Shown in pieces: positions 25,655-38,699 of a DNA stretch of 64,000 bases. Location of the stretch: positions 58,069 through 122,068 of the forward strand of contig MCFE01000228.1 in the NCBI GenBank assembly GCA_002104905.1, written 5' to 3'. The stretch's first letter is position 1. Every line of letters begins with the position of its first letter. The position numbers and the translations under genes were made by a program. Below the pieces are notes generated by a model. It worked only from the letters and a program-made list of their open reading frames with translations. It searched no databases and had not been told where the DNA came from. This DNA comes from Basidiobolus meristosporus CBS 931.73 (taxonomy: Eukaryota > Fungi > Basidiobolomycota).

Positions 25655-26917
25655 ATGGTCCCCACACCAAGCCTCAGCTCATCTTTAGTACAACCCAGAC
25701 AAAACCCATCCCCCAGCTCACAAGCACAGTCTGGACCGGAAAAGTCAATGTTGGATCTGTTTGAGTTCTTGCCAAATGATTTTAGTATGGCCCAAGTGTC
25801 TGTGATGAGCCTTCATACAGATATTTGGGCACTACTAATTAATCTAGCAGAACTAGATACCTCAGAGAGTTGACAAAGATGGAAGAATTTGAGTAGAAAG
25901 CTGTGGCATGAGTTCTACATCAAGATGCCAGCCAATGTATGTAAAAAGATATATAACAAGACAAGTATTGGAATCAAGAATGAGCTGAGAGTGAGGGGAT
26001 TTGACAAAGAAGCCGTGCAGGAACAATTTTGCATGCAATTTGCACAGTACGGGCCGGACGCGTCCATTTGTGCCTTGACTTTGGGAACCAAAGAGATTTT
26101 AAATGAGTTTTTGCCTCAAATGGCTAATGTACTACGTGATATATTAGTAGAGCTCAGTGGCTTCCAAAAGCAATATACACAGGACTCATCCAGGCAACAG
26201 ATCCAAAGTATCAGACAGAGGGTATGTGAATACCTTGAGGAATCAGATGGTGAGCTTCATGAGGAAGAATACAGACCGCAAGCAACATTGTCCAGATTGC
26301 GCCAGCATGCCTTGCTGGATTCCCTACCATCTCTTGCAACCACAGCATGCCGGCGCACGTCAGCCCAGACCATGCCAACACCCTTTACCAGAACACCCCA
26401 CATCAAGTCAACATGCATTGAGTCAACACGCGTTGGGTCAATGTGTGCGCTTCAGAGCAAAACTACAAGAGCTTGCCAAACTGCTCATTTAGACACAAGT
26501 CCATTGGAGCAGACCAAGTTGTGTCAACATGCGCCATCACATTGAACTCAGCCAAGGGCCATCTCAATGCATCAAGGTGCACCTGCGTGTGCCGTTTTGC
26601 CTGACCATCAGCAAGTTACTTCTGGTGAACTGACTGAAGATGACCAACATGAAGTGCCTCAACCACTGGAGCCCTTGGCAAGTAAAAGAACGCCTCAGCA
26701 CGTGGCACTACAGGCCGGTTCAGTTGGTTCAGTTGGAGCAATTCAGCGTGGCCGAGCTGCAGCATTGCACTCATCAACTAGGAGGCAAAATACTGACTAC
26801 AAATACACAAGTAGCCAAGATGATAGTCAGCCAGGAAGTAGTATAGGTGTGCAAAGTGAGTCACTACCAAATGCTTCAGCAGTAATCCCTGTGAGAAAAA
26901 AACCCAGGAGAAGATGA
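25655..26917 (+). CDS. Second, divergently oriented coding region of the DDE element (ORF segments 25655-25873, 25889-26545, 26567-26917), function unknown
   Basis: Adjacent long + strand ORFs inside the TIRs; no Myb/SANT or YqaJ motif recognised. Confidence 0.45.
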
Positions 26918-29891
26918 TGCAATTGCTTTGAATTGCTCACATTTGTAATGATCCCAACAACCCTTTTTTTTTTGCAATCCAAATCAAGCCATTGCACATC
27001 AGTGATCATCAATTTTTGATATAAGTAATATCAAGGTTGTCTCACATTTGAGACAGAACCCCTATAAATAAACACCCTGCATATATATACGTCATCTGTA
27101 ATACCAGTGCAGCTATTGGATCTGTTTTGCACCTACACAATTGCTTGCATGCTAGCTATGACACCTTGTCCAATCACTAGTATCAGGGATTTACTTGCTC
27201 AATGGGCCAAATGGGATATTTGATGGCAAATCAGGTAGCTTTTTCAGAAGTCAATGAGCCAATTGGGGGCTGCCAGCTTCAGGATACTTTTGGACCAATT
27301 AACTACTGAGATACTGTCCAATTGGAGTGAGGGTAACCAAAATGGTAAGTATCAGTGTAGTTTATAGTGTGATACACATCGATTTCCATTTACATTAAAG
27401 AAACATATCCAAATACCGGATTTTGCCTGCCATAATAGCGGTATCCAATCATGCACTTGATGCAAACATTACAAGTTGGCGCAATCATCCATGCCAACCT
27501 CATTGTGTCAGATTGTGCCATAGTGTGCAAGATTGTCCCGCATAGTGCAAAATTGTCCAGAACAATCCTGCCTTCTGGTAGCTATAATATTGCACCCAAT
27601 TGTTCTTTACAACCACGGATTGTGCCACGTGCCCTGGCACAGTACAATGGAACAAGTCTATTATCCACTCATCCTGTTTCTTGACTATTTCCTGATTTCT
27701 CTGGGCCATTGCTTCTATCCTATCAGTCACTGCACCTAATTGCTTCATCAGTGCATTGGTATGAGCTGACAATGTACTTGCTAATATGGGTGGTGGTGAT
27801 GTTATCATGGTCACTTGCTGTTCATCATCTGAGGGTACTGCGGTTGCTACATTCTTGTCTGCCTGAGCATAATGGTCAGCTTGTGGCTGTGCAGCGGTTC
27901 CCAATTACTTACTTGACTGAGAGCCTGAGGAGTCTGCATCATTACCTTCTAGGGGCACACTGTCCACAGGGCCTTTTTTTGTATGTAGCCCTGCTTGTGG
28001 CGCTGAATTTCAAAGCAAGCTGTTGTCCAACTGTTCTTCTGTTGCTGTCAGCGGTGGGGTTTGGTTGAGAACCAGACAGCTTTGCTTTATTTTTTGGTGG
28101 CTTATATATGGTAGTGAGTCAAACTAAAGGGGAAATATTATTACATATATAGGTGTATGTGGTGCCACAACTTTATTTATAATGCTTACTATGGCAGGTC
28201 ATCATTGAGTCTTACATTCATGTAGGTACTTTATGGAGCCAAGTGAGCCCAGTAATCCATCTACTGGTGAATGATGTACTGTTGTGGCTAGAGAAGTGGC
28301 AAGTTTCCACTAATATCAGTAATGGGGGCTTTGAGAATTTATTAAAACTTCTTGATAAAATCATACCAGAATGCAACCTATCATCTACATGGTACAAGTG
28401 GACAACCATCATATTGCTGGCAACATATGATCCAGAGACTGTCCTGATTCCAGCATGTTTTAACAGTTGCATGGCATTCACATCCAAAAATGCTACTATT
28501 GCTAAATGTCCAAATAGTCAGGAATCTATTGCTGTTGAGGGAAAACATTGTTCACACTCCTGATATATTCCAGTCATACCCCAGCTGAGGGAGCTGAGGA
28601 AGTCCAACAAATATTGCAAAGCTATAGAGTACTGAACTCAGTATCAATCAAGTACAAACATATCTGATATATTTGATGGCAATCATTACAAACAGCCAAA
28701 AGCTCCAGACAAGTGTCAAAGAGACATCAGGTAGCTGGAAGAGTGCCAATTAGGGACAAGCAGGCAGACATGGATGCACCAGCACAACATTTCTCAAGGA
28801 TAAAGCATAGTACCACTCAAGAAGCACTCAGACAAAGTAGCAGTGAGAGACCTGGCAGTAATAAAGGAAAAGGGAAAGGGAAAAATATCTATCCAAGCCT
28901 GAGACAGGGAGGCATGAAAAAAAATGCAGTTCTTGCCAATTAATGCTGCAAGCCTGGAACAGACTGAATCTCATCAAAGCCAAGAAGAGTTACCAATAAG
29001 AAAACAGCTGTTTTCACAAGAGCTAGAAACACATCCAGTCAAGCTACACTCCAGCAAGGTAGATGAGCTTGCTGAAAAAGGCAATTTGTCCACCACAGCC
29101 TCCACATCCTCCATTGTTGACAGAGTGGAGATACCACTGACAGACAAGGCTACAATGTCAAGAGCTTGAAAGACTATCACAATGCCTTCAGTGCAATTTT
29201 GGAACATATATAGGCACACTAAGAGGTTGCAGCACTTCTTCAAAAGCAGTGCTTAAGAATATGCACTGGAATATTGCAAGGATTTATTGCAAAGGCTGGC
29301 ATATGAGGTGCTAGACCTTGCAGTGCTGGCTAAAGACCAGGACATGTGGGAACCAGCAAATGAACAGTTGCATAAAGCTGTTGGGCTCCTGCCAAAGTTT
29401 TGGAATCAGAGCGTTACAGCAGAAGTACTTATTGAGTGGTAGAGTTTAATGGAATTACTTGTTGAGTGTGGGGTTGGGCTTAATGTTGGTGTGGGGTATA
29501 GGGACTTGTATAGGTCATCACATTTAGCAATTGAGGTATAACTGAAGTTTCAATGGAAATGAATCAATCTGTATGCATGAAAAGTAAGAGAAACAGTAGA
29601 GTCAGGAAATAAGGAGTGTGAAAAAGAGGAAATAGCCAATCAATGCACAGAAATGTAGGAGGCAATAGAGTGTCTGGAATCAGAAAGTGAGCAAATTGTC
29701 AGGGAACCAATCAAAAGCCACATATATATTGTTGTTATGAAATATTTTCCTAAGTTTTTTGTGAATTCTGGGGTGAAATTATTTTTTGATGATCTCTGTA
29801 CAGTGTCCTGATAGGATCAGTACCTCTTAGTCATGGGACTTTAACTCTGTGACAGCCTTTTGACAGGATCAACTCAATAATCTTTCACAGG

Positions 29892-32800
29892 AAATGTCAC
29901 AGTCAAGATTTGATCCATTTCCAAATGTAACAGCAGAAGAAAACCTTGCAGTCTCTGAAGCAGAACAAAAGTGCCCTAAGATAAAGCCCACAGAAATACT
30001 TATCACAGTGTGGGAGGGAGACAATGTGGTGCTTATATCAACGCCCAAGAATCACAAGACAAAGAATATCTGTGAAGCCATTAAGTGCAATATTGAGGAG
30101 TGAGCTAGTATTCAAGAGGCTGTCAGAAGTCTAGCATGCCATCACCTTAAGGCTGGCATACCATGGGATCATCAGGAAATCAAGGTCAAGCAGAATGCAC
30201 TTGACTAGTTCCATGGGCATTATCCTGGATTCAAACAGGCAAATGGATTTTGTGCCAGCATTAGTATGCAAAGAAAGTATCTTAAGAATAGCAGAAACTA
30301 TCAAAGGCAGAAGAACAAGGGTGCCATAGCTATAAACCAGCAGCTTCAACCAGGGCCTCTTACAAGCAGGGCCAAAAGCTCCAGTCAAGCAGCAAAGAGA
30401 CGTCATGGAGCTGGAAGAGTGTCCATTAGGGACAAGCGGGCAGACATGGATGCACCATCACAACATTTATCAAGGAATAGGCATAGTGCCACTCAAGAAG
30501 CACCCAGTCAAAGTAGCAGTGAAGGACTTGGCATTGATAAACACTGGTGGCTTGTACACAAGCCCATTATAACCATGGTGAGAGCTCAAAACAAGCAGGA
30601 AAAAAACACCAGGTTATCAGAATAGCTCCAGCAAGGAACAAGCAGGTCAAAACACATGCATCAGAGCAAAATATATCATGGAGAAAGCATAGCTCACTAC
30701 AAGAAGCTCTCAGACAAAGTAGTAGTGAAAGACCAGGCAGTGATAAAGCAACAGGCAAAGAGAAAAATGTCTATCCAAGCCTGAGACAGGGAAGCATATA
30801 AGAAACTGCAGTTCTTGCCAATAACGCCTCAAACCCTGGACAGACTGAATCCCATCATAGCCAAGAAGATTTACCAACAAGAAAACAGCTGCTTTCACAA
30901 GAATTGGAAATGCAGCCAGTTGTGCTTCACCTCAGCAAGGTAGATGAGTTTGCAGGAAAAGGCAATTTGTCTACCACAGCCTCCACTTCCTCCATTATTG
31001 ACAGAGTGGAGATACTACTGACAGACAAGGCTACAATGTCAAGAGCTTGAAAGACTATCACAATGCCTTCAGTGCAATTTTGGAACATATATAGGCACAC
31101 CAAGAGGTTGCCGCACTTCTTCAAAAGCAGTGCTCAAGAAAACACACTTGAATATTGCAAGGATTTGTTGCAAAGACCAGCAGATGAGGTGCCAGACCTT
31201 GGAGTGCCAGATCAAGACCTGCATGTGTGGGAACAGTGAATGAACAGTGGCATTAAGCCATTGGGTTCCTGCCAAAGTCATGGAACCAGAGTGTTACAGC
31301 AGAAACACTTATTGAGTGGTGGACATCACTGGAATGAGTAGTTAAGTGTGCGGTTGGGCTTAAGGTTAGTGTAGGGCATAGGGACTTGTATAGGTTGTTA
31401 GGATTGGCAATTAAGGTACAACTGAATTGTCAATGGAAATAAATCAATTTGTATGCATGAAAGGTAAGAGAAAAGGTTGAGTCAGGAAGTAAGGAGTGTG
31501 AAAAAGAGGAAATAGCCAATCAATGCACACAAATGTAGGAGGTGATAGAGTGTCCAGGATCAGAGAGTAAGCAAATTGGCAAGGAACTAATTAAAAGCCA
31601 CTTATATATTGTTGTAATGAAAGCCTTTGACTAAGTTTCATATGAATTAGGGGGTGCAATTACTTTTCAACAGTCTCTGAATGGAGTCCTGATGAGCTCA
31701 GTACCTCTTAGTCATGGGACTTTAAATTGTAACTGCCTTCTGACGGGATCATTACAATAATTCTGCATAAGGAGCATTAATGAAGCAATTTGGTGAAGTG
31801 GTTGGTAAGATAGATGCAATGGCTCAGAGAAATCAGGAAATAGTCCAGAAACAGGATGAGTGGATAATACATGTAGAGCAATCAATATCCTGGGTTGAGA
31901 AAGCAGTATCTTTGCTGCAAAGAAGGGACTCAAGTAGCACAATGTCACAGCCAAGAATTGAGCCATTTCCTAATCTGACAGCAGAGGAACACTGTACAGT
32001 CTTTAAAGCACAATACCAGTGCCCAGAGATAAAGCCCACAAAAAAATCAATAACAGCGTGGGAGGGAGATAATGTGGCTTTTATACCAAAGCCTAAAAAC
32101 AAGAAGGCATTGAAGATCCGTGAAGCCATTGATTGAAATGCCAAAGTGTGGGCTAATATTAAAGAGGCTATCAGAAGTCTAGCACACCATCACCTTAAGG
32201 CTGGCATACCATGGGACCATTAGGAACTCAAGGCCAAGCAGAATGCACTTGAATTGTTGCATGAGCATTAACCTGGATTCTAACAGGCAAACAGATTCTG
32301 GGCCAGCATTGGAATGCTAAGAAAGTATCTTAAGAATAGCAGGAACTATCAAAGGCAGAAGACAAGGGTGGCATGCCCAAAAACCAGTGGCTTCCTCAAG
32401 AGCCCATTACATGCAGGGCCAAAAGCTCCAGACAAGTGTCAAAGAGACATTAGGTTGCTAGAAGAGTGTCAATTAGGGAGAAGCAGGCAGTCATGGATGC
32501 ACCAGCACAACATTTATTGAAGAAAAAGTGTTATGATATGCCGCTTGAATGTTTAAGTTAGATCAGTTTTTAGTCAAATCAATTAGTATATGTTTAGGTT
32601 ATCAGTGTATCAGTATTATCTATGAAATCAGTAGCATTAGTCAGCAAATGAATCAGCAGATCCTTATCAGACAGAAATAGATATATTAAGTAGGATCTTA
32701 TTGGGTGATGATGATGCAATCAAGTGAGTCATCAGCCACAACCTATATTAGGAAATACAATTAGTCAGCAATTGATCTTGCAAAATGTATTTAAGGAGCT

Positions 32801-33964
32801 GCTGGAACCTCAATAAAAATCAGTTCAAGTTTTAGTGAATACAATACTAGCTAAACTCCCTATTCCTCTACAACTCTTATACCAAGACTTGTAACAAAAG
32901 CGTAGTACTACTCAAGAAGCACTCAGTCTAAATAGCAGTGAACAACCTGGCAGTGATAAAACAAGCGGCTTTTACAGAAGCTCATCAAACTACGGTTTAA
33001 GTACTCAAAACAAGCCGGAAAGAAATGTCAGGTTGCCAGAGGAGTTCCAGCAAGGGACAAGCAGGCTAAAACACAAGCATCAGACCAGGATTTATCAAAG
33101 AGAAAACACAGTTCATTACAAGATGCACTCAGACAAAGTAGCAGTGATAGACCTGACAATGATAAAGGAAGAGGTGAAGAGAAAATATCTACCAGAGCCT
33201 GAGACAAGGAGGCATGTAAAAAAGCTGCTGTTCTTGCCAATTATTGTTGCAAGCCTGGAACAAACAGAATTCCATCATTGCCAAGAAGAAACACCAACAT
33301 GAAAATAGCTGTATTCACAAGAGTTGGAAGCACAGCCAGTTGAGCTACACTCCAGTGAGGTAGATGAGTTTGCTGAAAAAGGCAATTTGTCTATCACAGC
33401 CTCCACACCCTCCATTTTTGACAGAGTGGAGATACCACTGACAGACAAGGCTACAATGTCAAGAGCTTGAAATTCTATCACAATGCCTGCAGTGGAGTTA
33501 TGGAACATATATAGGCACACCAAGAGTTAGTTGTCAAGTGTGGGGCTGGGCTTAATGCTAGTGTAGGGCATAGGGACTTGTATAGGTCAATACAATTGGC
33601 AATTGAGATACAACTGAAGTTTCAACGGGAATAAATCAAATATGTATGCAAGAGAAGTAAGAGAAACATTTGAGCTAGGAAGTAAGGAGTGTGAAAATGA
33701 AGCAATGGCCAATCAATGCACACAAATGCCAGAGGTGTTAGAGTGTCCAGCATCAAAAGGGAGCAAATTGGCAGTGAACCAATTAAAAGTCACTTACATA
33801 TTGTTGTGATAAAAGCTTTTGACTAAGTTTTTTGTGAAATCTGGGGTGCAATTATATTTCAACAGTCTTCAGAGAGTGTACTGATGGGATCATTACATCT
33901 TAGTTGTGGGACTTTATACCTGTGAAGGCCTTTTGACGGGACCATTACAATAATTTTCATAGGG
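29892..33964 (+). mobile_element. Two further partial CACTA copies (29892-31772, 31773-33964) carrying ORF2 fragments and the CCCTA-type terminus
   Basis: Repeat of ORF2 (KQFGEVVGKIDAMAQRNQEIVQKQDE...); ends GCATAAGG at 31772 and TCATAGGG at 33964. Confidence 0.8.
32529..32896 (+). mobile_element. Solo LTR, gypsy family C
   Basis: TGTTATGA...GTAACA, 368 bp, closely similar to the LTR at 43081-43450; 4-bp AAAG duplication. Confidence 0.85.
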
Positions 33965-33974
33965 ATTCATTCAG

Positions 33975-35660
33975 TGTTATGAATAGACACAAGGCAGGAG
34001 AGTAGAGCTATGCAAGGCAGGACCAGGAAAGGACTTAGGTGTGGATCAACAAGGCAAGGTGGATTTCCAAGGCAAGGCTGTTTATTCAGGACCTGAACTT
34101 ATCAGACTGAGGAATACATAAGGGGGGATAGGACTATATATACTTTTTGGCAATATGGATGCCAAGAGATATTGGCTAATACTGATGGGGTTCTGGGATG
34201 AGGCACAGTAAATGTGCTGAGATAGAATATACAAAAGAACAGACTGGAATATCACATGGAGATATGTCAGGGGTCAGCTGATCATGTAACTAGGTCATGT
34301 GACATGTAGCTACCATATATGGCATGGGACTACATAAACTCTAATGGGAAGCTTCCATAGACTGTTCTGCTGTGTAATATTGACTTGGAGCTTTCAAGAA
34401 GTTGCTAGAATGTAGTAGAACTTTCTAGAAGGAACTGGGATTTCTTCACTGACTTGATTTGGCTAGATAACTGGAGACCAGGGATGTCATGTGATCATGA
34501 CACTCAGATCCATGCAAGCCAATACAAAATTTATCCTTAGGCAGAATGAGCTATTTGACTAGATTTATTGATAATTATACAAAATATACAAGGGCATACT
34601 TCATCAAATAAAAGGAAGTAGCTCTGTCTAGGTTGTGGGAGTATAAAGCCAAGGTGGAGAGAGAAACAAGTCAATAATTCAGAAAATATTCTACAATATG
34701 CTATAGCTAAGTCATCACCTAAATATTCATGCTAACTGAGTTGCATAGATCTTCTACTTTGATTAGCATTCTGTCCTGGCCACCTCTCTTCTCAGGATTT
34801 ACTTGGTATTGTTTGACCAAATTTTTAGGAACCCATGTTATGATCTTTCTCAACATTGTCCAAAAGCCCCTCAACTTTGCACACATATTCTTGGGACCAT
34901 GCTTAGCAAACTCTACACATTGTTTGCTCTACTTCATCAAAAGTATATATACCATACTTATGATCTACAAGTGAACAACTTACATATATTCTAGTTCTCC
35001 ACATCACTTCCAATACTCCTCAGAAAGTTACAACACAACAATGGTGGCAAATATACCTTTGGCTTTTCAACCATTTCTTCAAGACTCATGGCAGAAAGCA
35101 CAAAAATACTGTAAACTACTCCACACAACAAAATAGAGTTTCAGAATTTGCCAGCAGATTAACAATTGATATGGAAAGATCCATGGTTCACAAACAAATA
35201 ATGTGTTGACATTTTTGGCTGGAATTAGTTGCTATGGCCAAATATCTCCAAAAAGAAGCTGTTGTAGAATACTTTGTAAATCTACCCACATTGAGAAAAG
35301 GTTAGGATATTGACCTGGCAAAGAGCACTAAAGAAAGCTGGGTGAGCAATATATGCCTAGAAACTACCCAGAGATAAGTCAAAATCAGAGCCCAAAGTGT
35401 AAATGAATATCTCTTAGGCTACTGAAATAGACTTAAGGCTCACAACCTCCTAAGTACCAGAGTACATAAGTTGATCAAGCTCAGGAATGTGTTGTCTAAT
35501 GAAATTTCAAATTCCATACAAAAAAGATATCAGATTGTGACAAAAATCTAATCTCAACTCCACCAATAGTTAGGATTGACTCTGAGCAGCACAATATAAG
35601 CATTTTCACCTCAGAGGACTCTATAATGGCTGCTCAGCCTGATCAACTGCCAAAGAATAT
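33975..35660 (+). mobile_element. Probable decayed LTR plus gag-like remnant of another LTR family
   Basis: Begins TGTTATG; contains TATAAA and LTR-like TTCTAGAA and CACATG motifs; followed by TGGTGGC and broken reading frames. Boundaries are uncertain. Confidence 0.4.
34699..35035 (+). mobile_element. Solo LTR, family B
   Basis: Similar to 20803-21151; flanks CAATA and CAACA (TSD with one mismatch). Confidence 0.75.
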
Positions 35661-35817
35661 CCCAGAAGTACTCATCACACTATTCTAGGGCTGGAGATGT
35701 TCTCCATATTGAATGGTGTAGAAGTTGGCATGTGAGCAAGAGAAATCCAGCATATCTAGGTAGAGTTTCCCTAATGGAAATTAGTTGCTTGTCGCACCAA
35801 ACCCAACTTTACATTAC

Positions 35818-37295
35818 CTAACTGATTACCCATGCATTGGGGCTGCTTAGCTTCTTAGTGCCATAGCCATAGGTGTCTCCATTTCCACATCTGTCCTGAG
35901 TATTTCCCAACTCTTCCCGGCTGTCCTCCATGTGCCAGCTCATCACATCCATGATGGACTTGAAGGTAATATTCTTGATGAGATTGGGATATGGTAGTAC
36001 CTGCAACTTGTCTTGTCTTCCTATCTCCCCACACAACTGCTCCATAGGAAAATCCCAAAAGGTGTAGCAAGGTCTAATATTCTCCATACACTGTGCAAAA
36101 TAGAGTAGAAAATGGATACAGTAGCAGCAGAGATCTAGGCATTTAGACTTATGTTTGTAGTATAGCCGCTCAAATCCTGTCACAAACTCCTTGCACAACT
36201 GCTGTACATGTGTCAAGTTGGCATTGGTGATCCGCTTCTGGATAAATACTCCCACATTGTCTAAATATGACTCCCAGTGCTTCCAATATACTCTAGGTAG
36301 GAATGGCTTCAGAATTCTACTTGGATAAATACATATCCAGTTCATCAAGCCCTTGCTGTTGTATTGGTGCAAATGTGTATGAACGTTGATTGGAGATTGT
36401 GAGAAGTATTTAGGGTAGCGGATACTTTGTAATATCTTGCCAATTCTTTCAAATTTCTCCAGTATCTCAATGGGCTCATTTAGCTTGAAATCCCCTATAT
36501 ACAACTTAGTCATAGGTACATGGATATTGTTGAAAAGCAAATGCATTGCTCCCAGTGGAAAGCTTTTGCTCCAACAGATTCCCTCTGTCTTAAGTATCTC
36601 TGGTTTCCAATTGATTTAATATTCTGGCCAATGGCTTTTAGCTTGCCAACTTGCTGCTGTTATATGCTGACTTCTATAGATTCTCCCTGTGGGAAGATGA
36701 TATTCCTGGGGTTGGTGTTTGGGTAATGATAATGTGTGTGAATTATGGAGTAAATCCCCTGGACCTCATACATTTGACTGCATTACTTTCAATTGTGCCC
36801 AGAAGAACCTGCTATCATGCTGATGGCTGGCGTATCTCCAATGCAGATTATAATATGTGCTGTTACATAATGGACATTTATTGTTATCCCATGGGAAAGC
36901 ATACAACATTCATCCAGCAATGGATACATGTAGCTATCCCAGTTGGATGGTGATTTAGGCTCAGATAATAGTGAAACTACCATTAGATTATTGAACTGAT
37001 ACCGTAAGAGGGGTGGCAGATTCAGATTGATGAGAGTCAGTGGCCTGCAGGATTTGCAGACAGAGCACTTATTTGATGAGAATCCATCAAGTGCTAAGGC
37101 AAAGGCATGGTCATACACACCCTCAAAGTAGCCCTTGCTACTTAACTGTTTGTAATTTTTGCCATCAAATACATTGGATACGTATGAGCCTGATTGATAC
37201 TGAGTGCAGTACTTTATAGCATTGCACTGTTTGTTGGACTGCATTAGCTTCCTCAGACAGGGTATTACCAAAATATATCCAGACCTATACACCAC
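35818..37295 (-). pseudogene. CMC/CACTA (EnSpm, tnp2-like) transposase, core and C-terminal parts
   Basis: VFDGKNY...LALDGF...LINLNLPPLLRY...YPLLDE...IGDTPA...GHN, then HFLLY...PCYTFWDFPMEQLCG, matching CACTA transposase motifs; frameshifted. Confidence 0.9.
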
Positions 37296-37689
37296 AACAA
37301 CGGTAGTATTATACAGAACTAGCTGTAGGCTGCCATACTGCTGTTATAATGCCATCCAAGCCTTGCTGAGAGGCCATTGAAATACTGTCAAATTTTTGTC
37401 ATATAAGGCAATTGGATGTCCCTGCCAGCTGGATCCATTCAAAATAGTTGTAGTGGGCAATAAGACCACACTAATGCCATGCAATTATTTTCACAGCACT
37501 AATTGCATCCCACTGGCTTTATCATTTGACTTTGTAGTAAAACCAACAAAATGCCATTGTGATCCTGTCACAAGATCATCAACAGGGTGCTGATTCCAAG
37601 CTGCTGGTAATATGACAGCCTCTAAATGGGGTCATGACAGCTGATCTTGATTGGATCCCCCTGCAGGGTCAAGTTATTTTTCATAGCAA

Positions 37690-38574
37690 TAAATATGGTA
37701 CTGGAGTGATCTGGAGCATCTAATATCTATATTTTGATGGTTATAGTGATTCAAATTGGGGTAGGGATCTTATGAACAGACACTATACCACTGGGTATGG
37801 ATTTCCTTATGCTGGTGCAGCTAGTACTTAGAATTGCAAGAGACAAACAACTGTGGCCCCATCTACAACTGAAGCTGAATATATGGCTGTTTGTCAAACC
37901 ACCAAGATGACTATATAGCAACAGAAATTATTCAAAGACTTGGGTTTTAGCTCAGTAGAACCAATATGTACTTGCAAGAATAATCAAAGTTATATTTCAT
38001 TGGCTAGAGATCCTACTAATCATGCCAGAACTAAGCATAGATACATAACATCACTTTGTGAGCAAAGCTGTAGCAAATAAATTAGTACAGTTAGTATACT
38101 GTCCAATTGACAAAGTTGTAGCAGATAAATTGACAAAATCAGCAGCCAGGCCACAATTTGAGAATCTCAGAAAGGATTCAGGATTGAGAAAATTTTTAGT
38201 AGAGGTGGTGTGCTGAAATATTGGACTATTTAGTCTCATTCAGCAGCTCAAAATTTACTCAACAGTTTTAGACTAATATTGGTTATTGCAGGATTAACTC
38301 CCAGCCCTATCTTTGCCACTTGCTCCAGATTTATGATCCTATGATTATTCCCCTATAGTAAAGATCAAATTAGCACTTTTACCAAACATTATATACCAAC
38401 CCTGAAACCACAACAGTATGCTCCTGAGTGTTGAAAAAATCTCCTTACTCAGTTCTAAAGTTGTATTACTTCTACAAAGGTATAATACTGAGTTTTTTCA
38501 TGAGTGAACAGCAGATCAACTATTATCACTATTTCTTGACATGTTCCTTATATCCATATCTCATCTTTGCAGCA
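37690..38574 (+). mobile_element. Copia RT/RNase H 3' remnant and 3' LTR (38211-38574), related to family E
   Basis: GYSDSNWG-like and STTEAEY-like decayed motifs; PPT AGAGGTGGTG; LTR resembles the reverse complement of the 48013-48381 LTR. Confidence 0.75.
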
Positions 38575-38699
38575 AGATTCACCTGTACTGCTAAGTTATG
38601 AACTGGTAAGCCCACCACAAGTCAGAGATGTGGATAATGCCACAGACAAAGAAGATAGCCCTCCTGGGAGTAAGATACCTAGCATTGGAGTTGAAAGAG

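Larger units (their letters stand above)
24231..27658. mobile_element. PIF/Harbinger-ISL2EU (IS5-like, DDE_Tnp_4) DNA transposon, 3428 bp
   Basis: Termini GACTTGTTCC...GGAACAAGTC (20 of the first 24 bp match as TIR); TATTA on both sides; flanks rejoin into contiguous CACTA ORF2 sequence; subterminal GGCACTA repeats. Confidence 0.88.
22621..29891. mobile_element. CMC/CACTA-family composite with the same terminus at both ends (ORF2 on minus, transposase N-terminus on plus, then ORF2 3' region on plus)
   Basis: Starts ACCTATGAAAAATTATTG and ends ATAATCTTTCACAGG, both degenerate versions of the CCCTATG terminus; transposase N-terminal ORF 28243-28563 (ACFNSCMAF...CPN); interrupted by the DDE element at 24231-27658. 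Confidence 0.75.
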
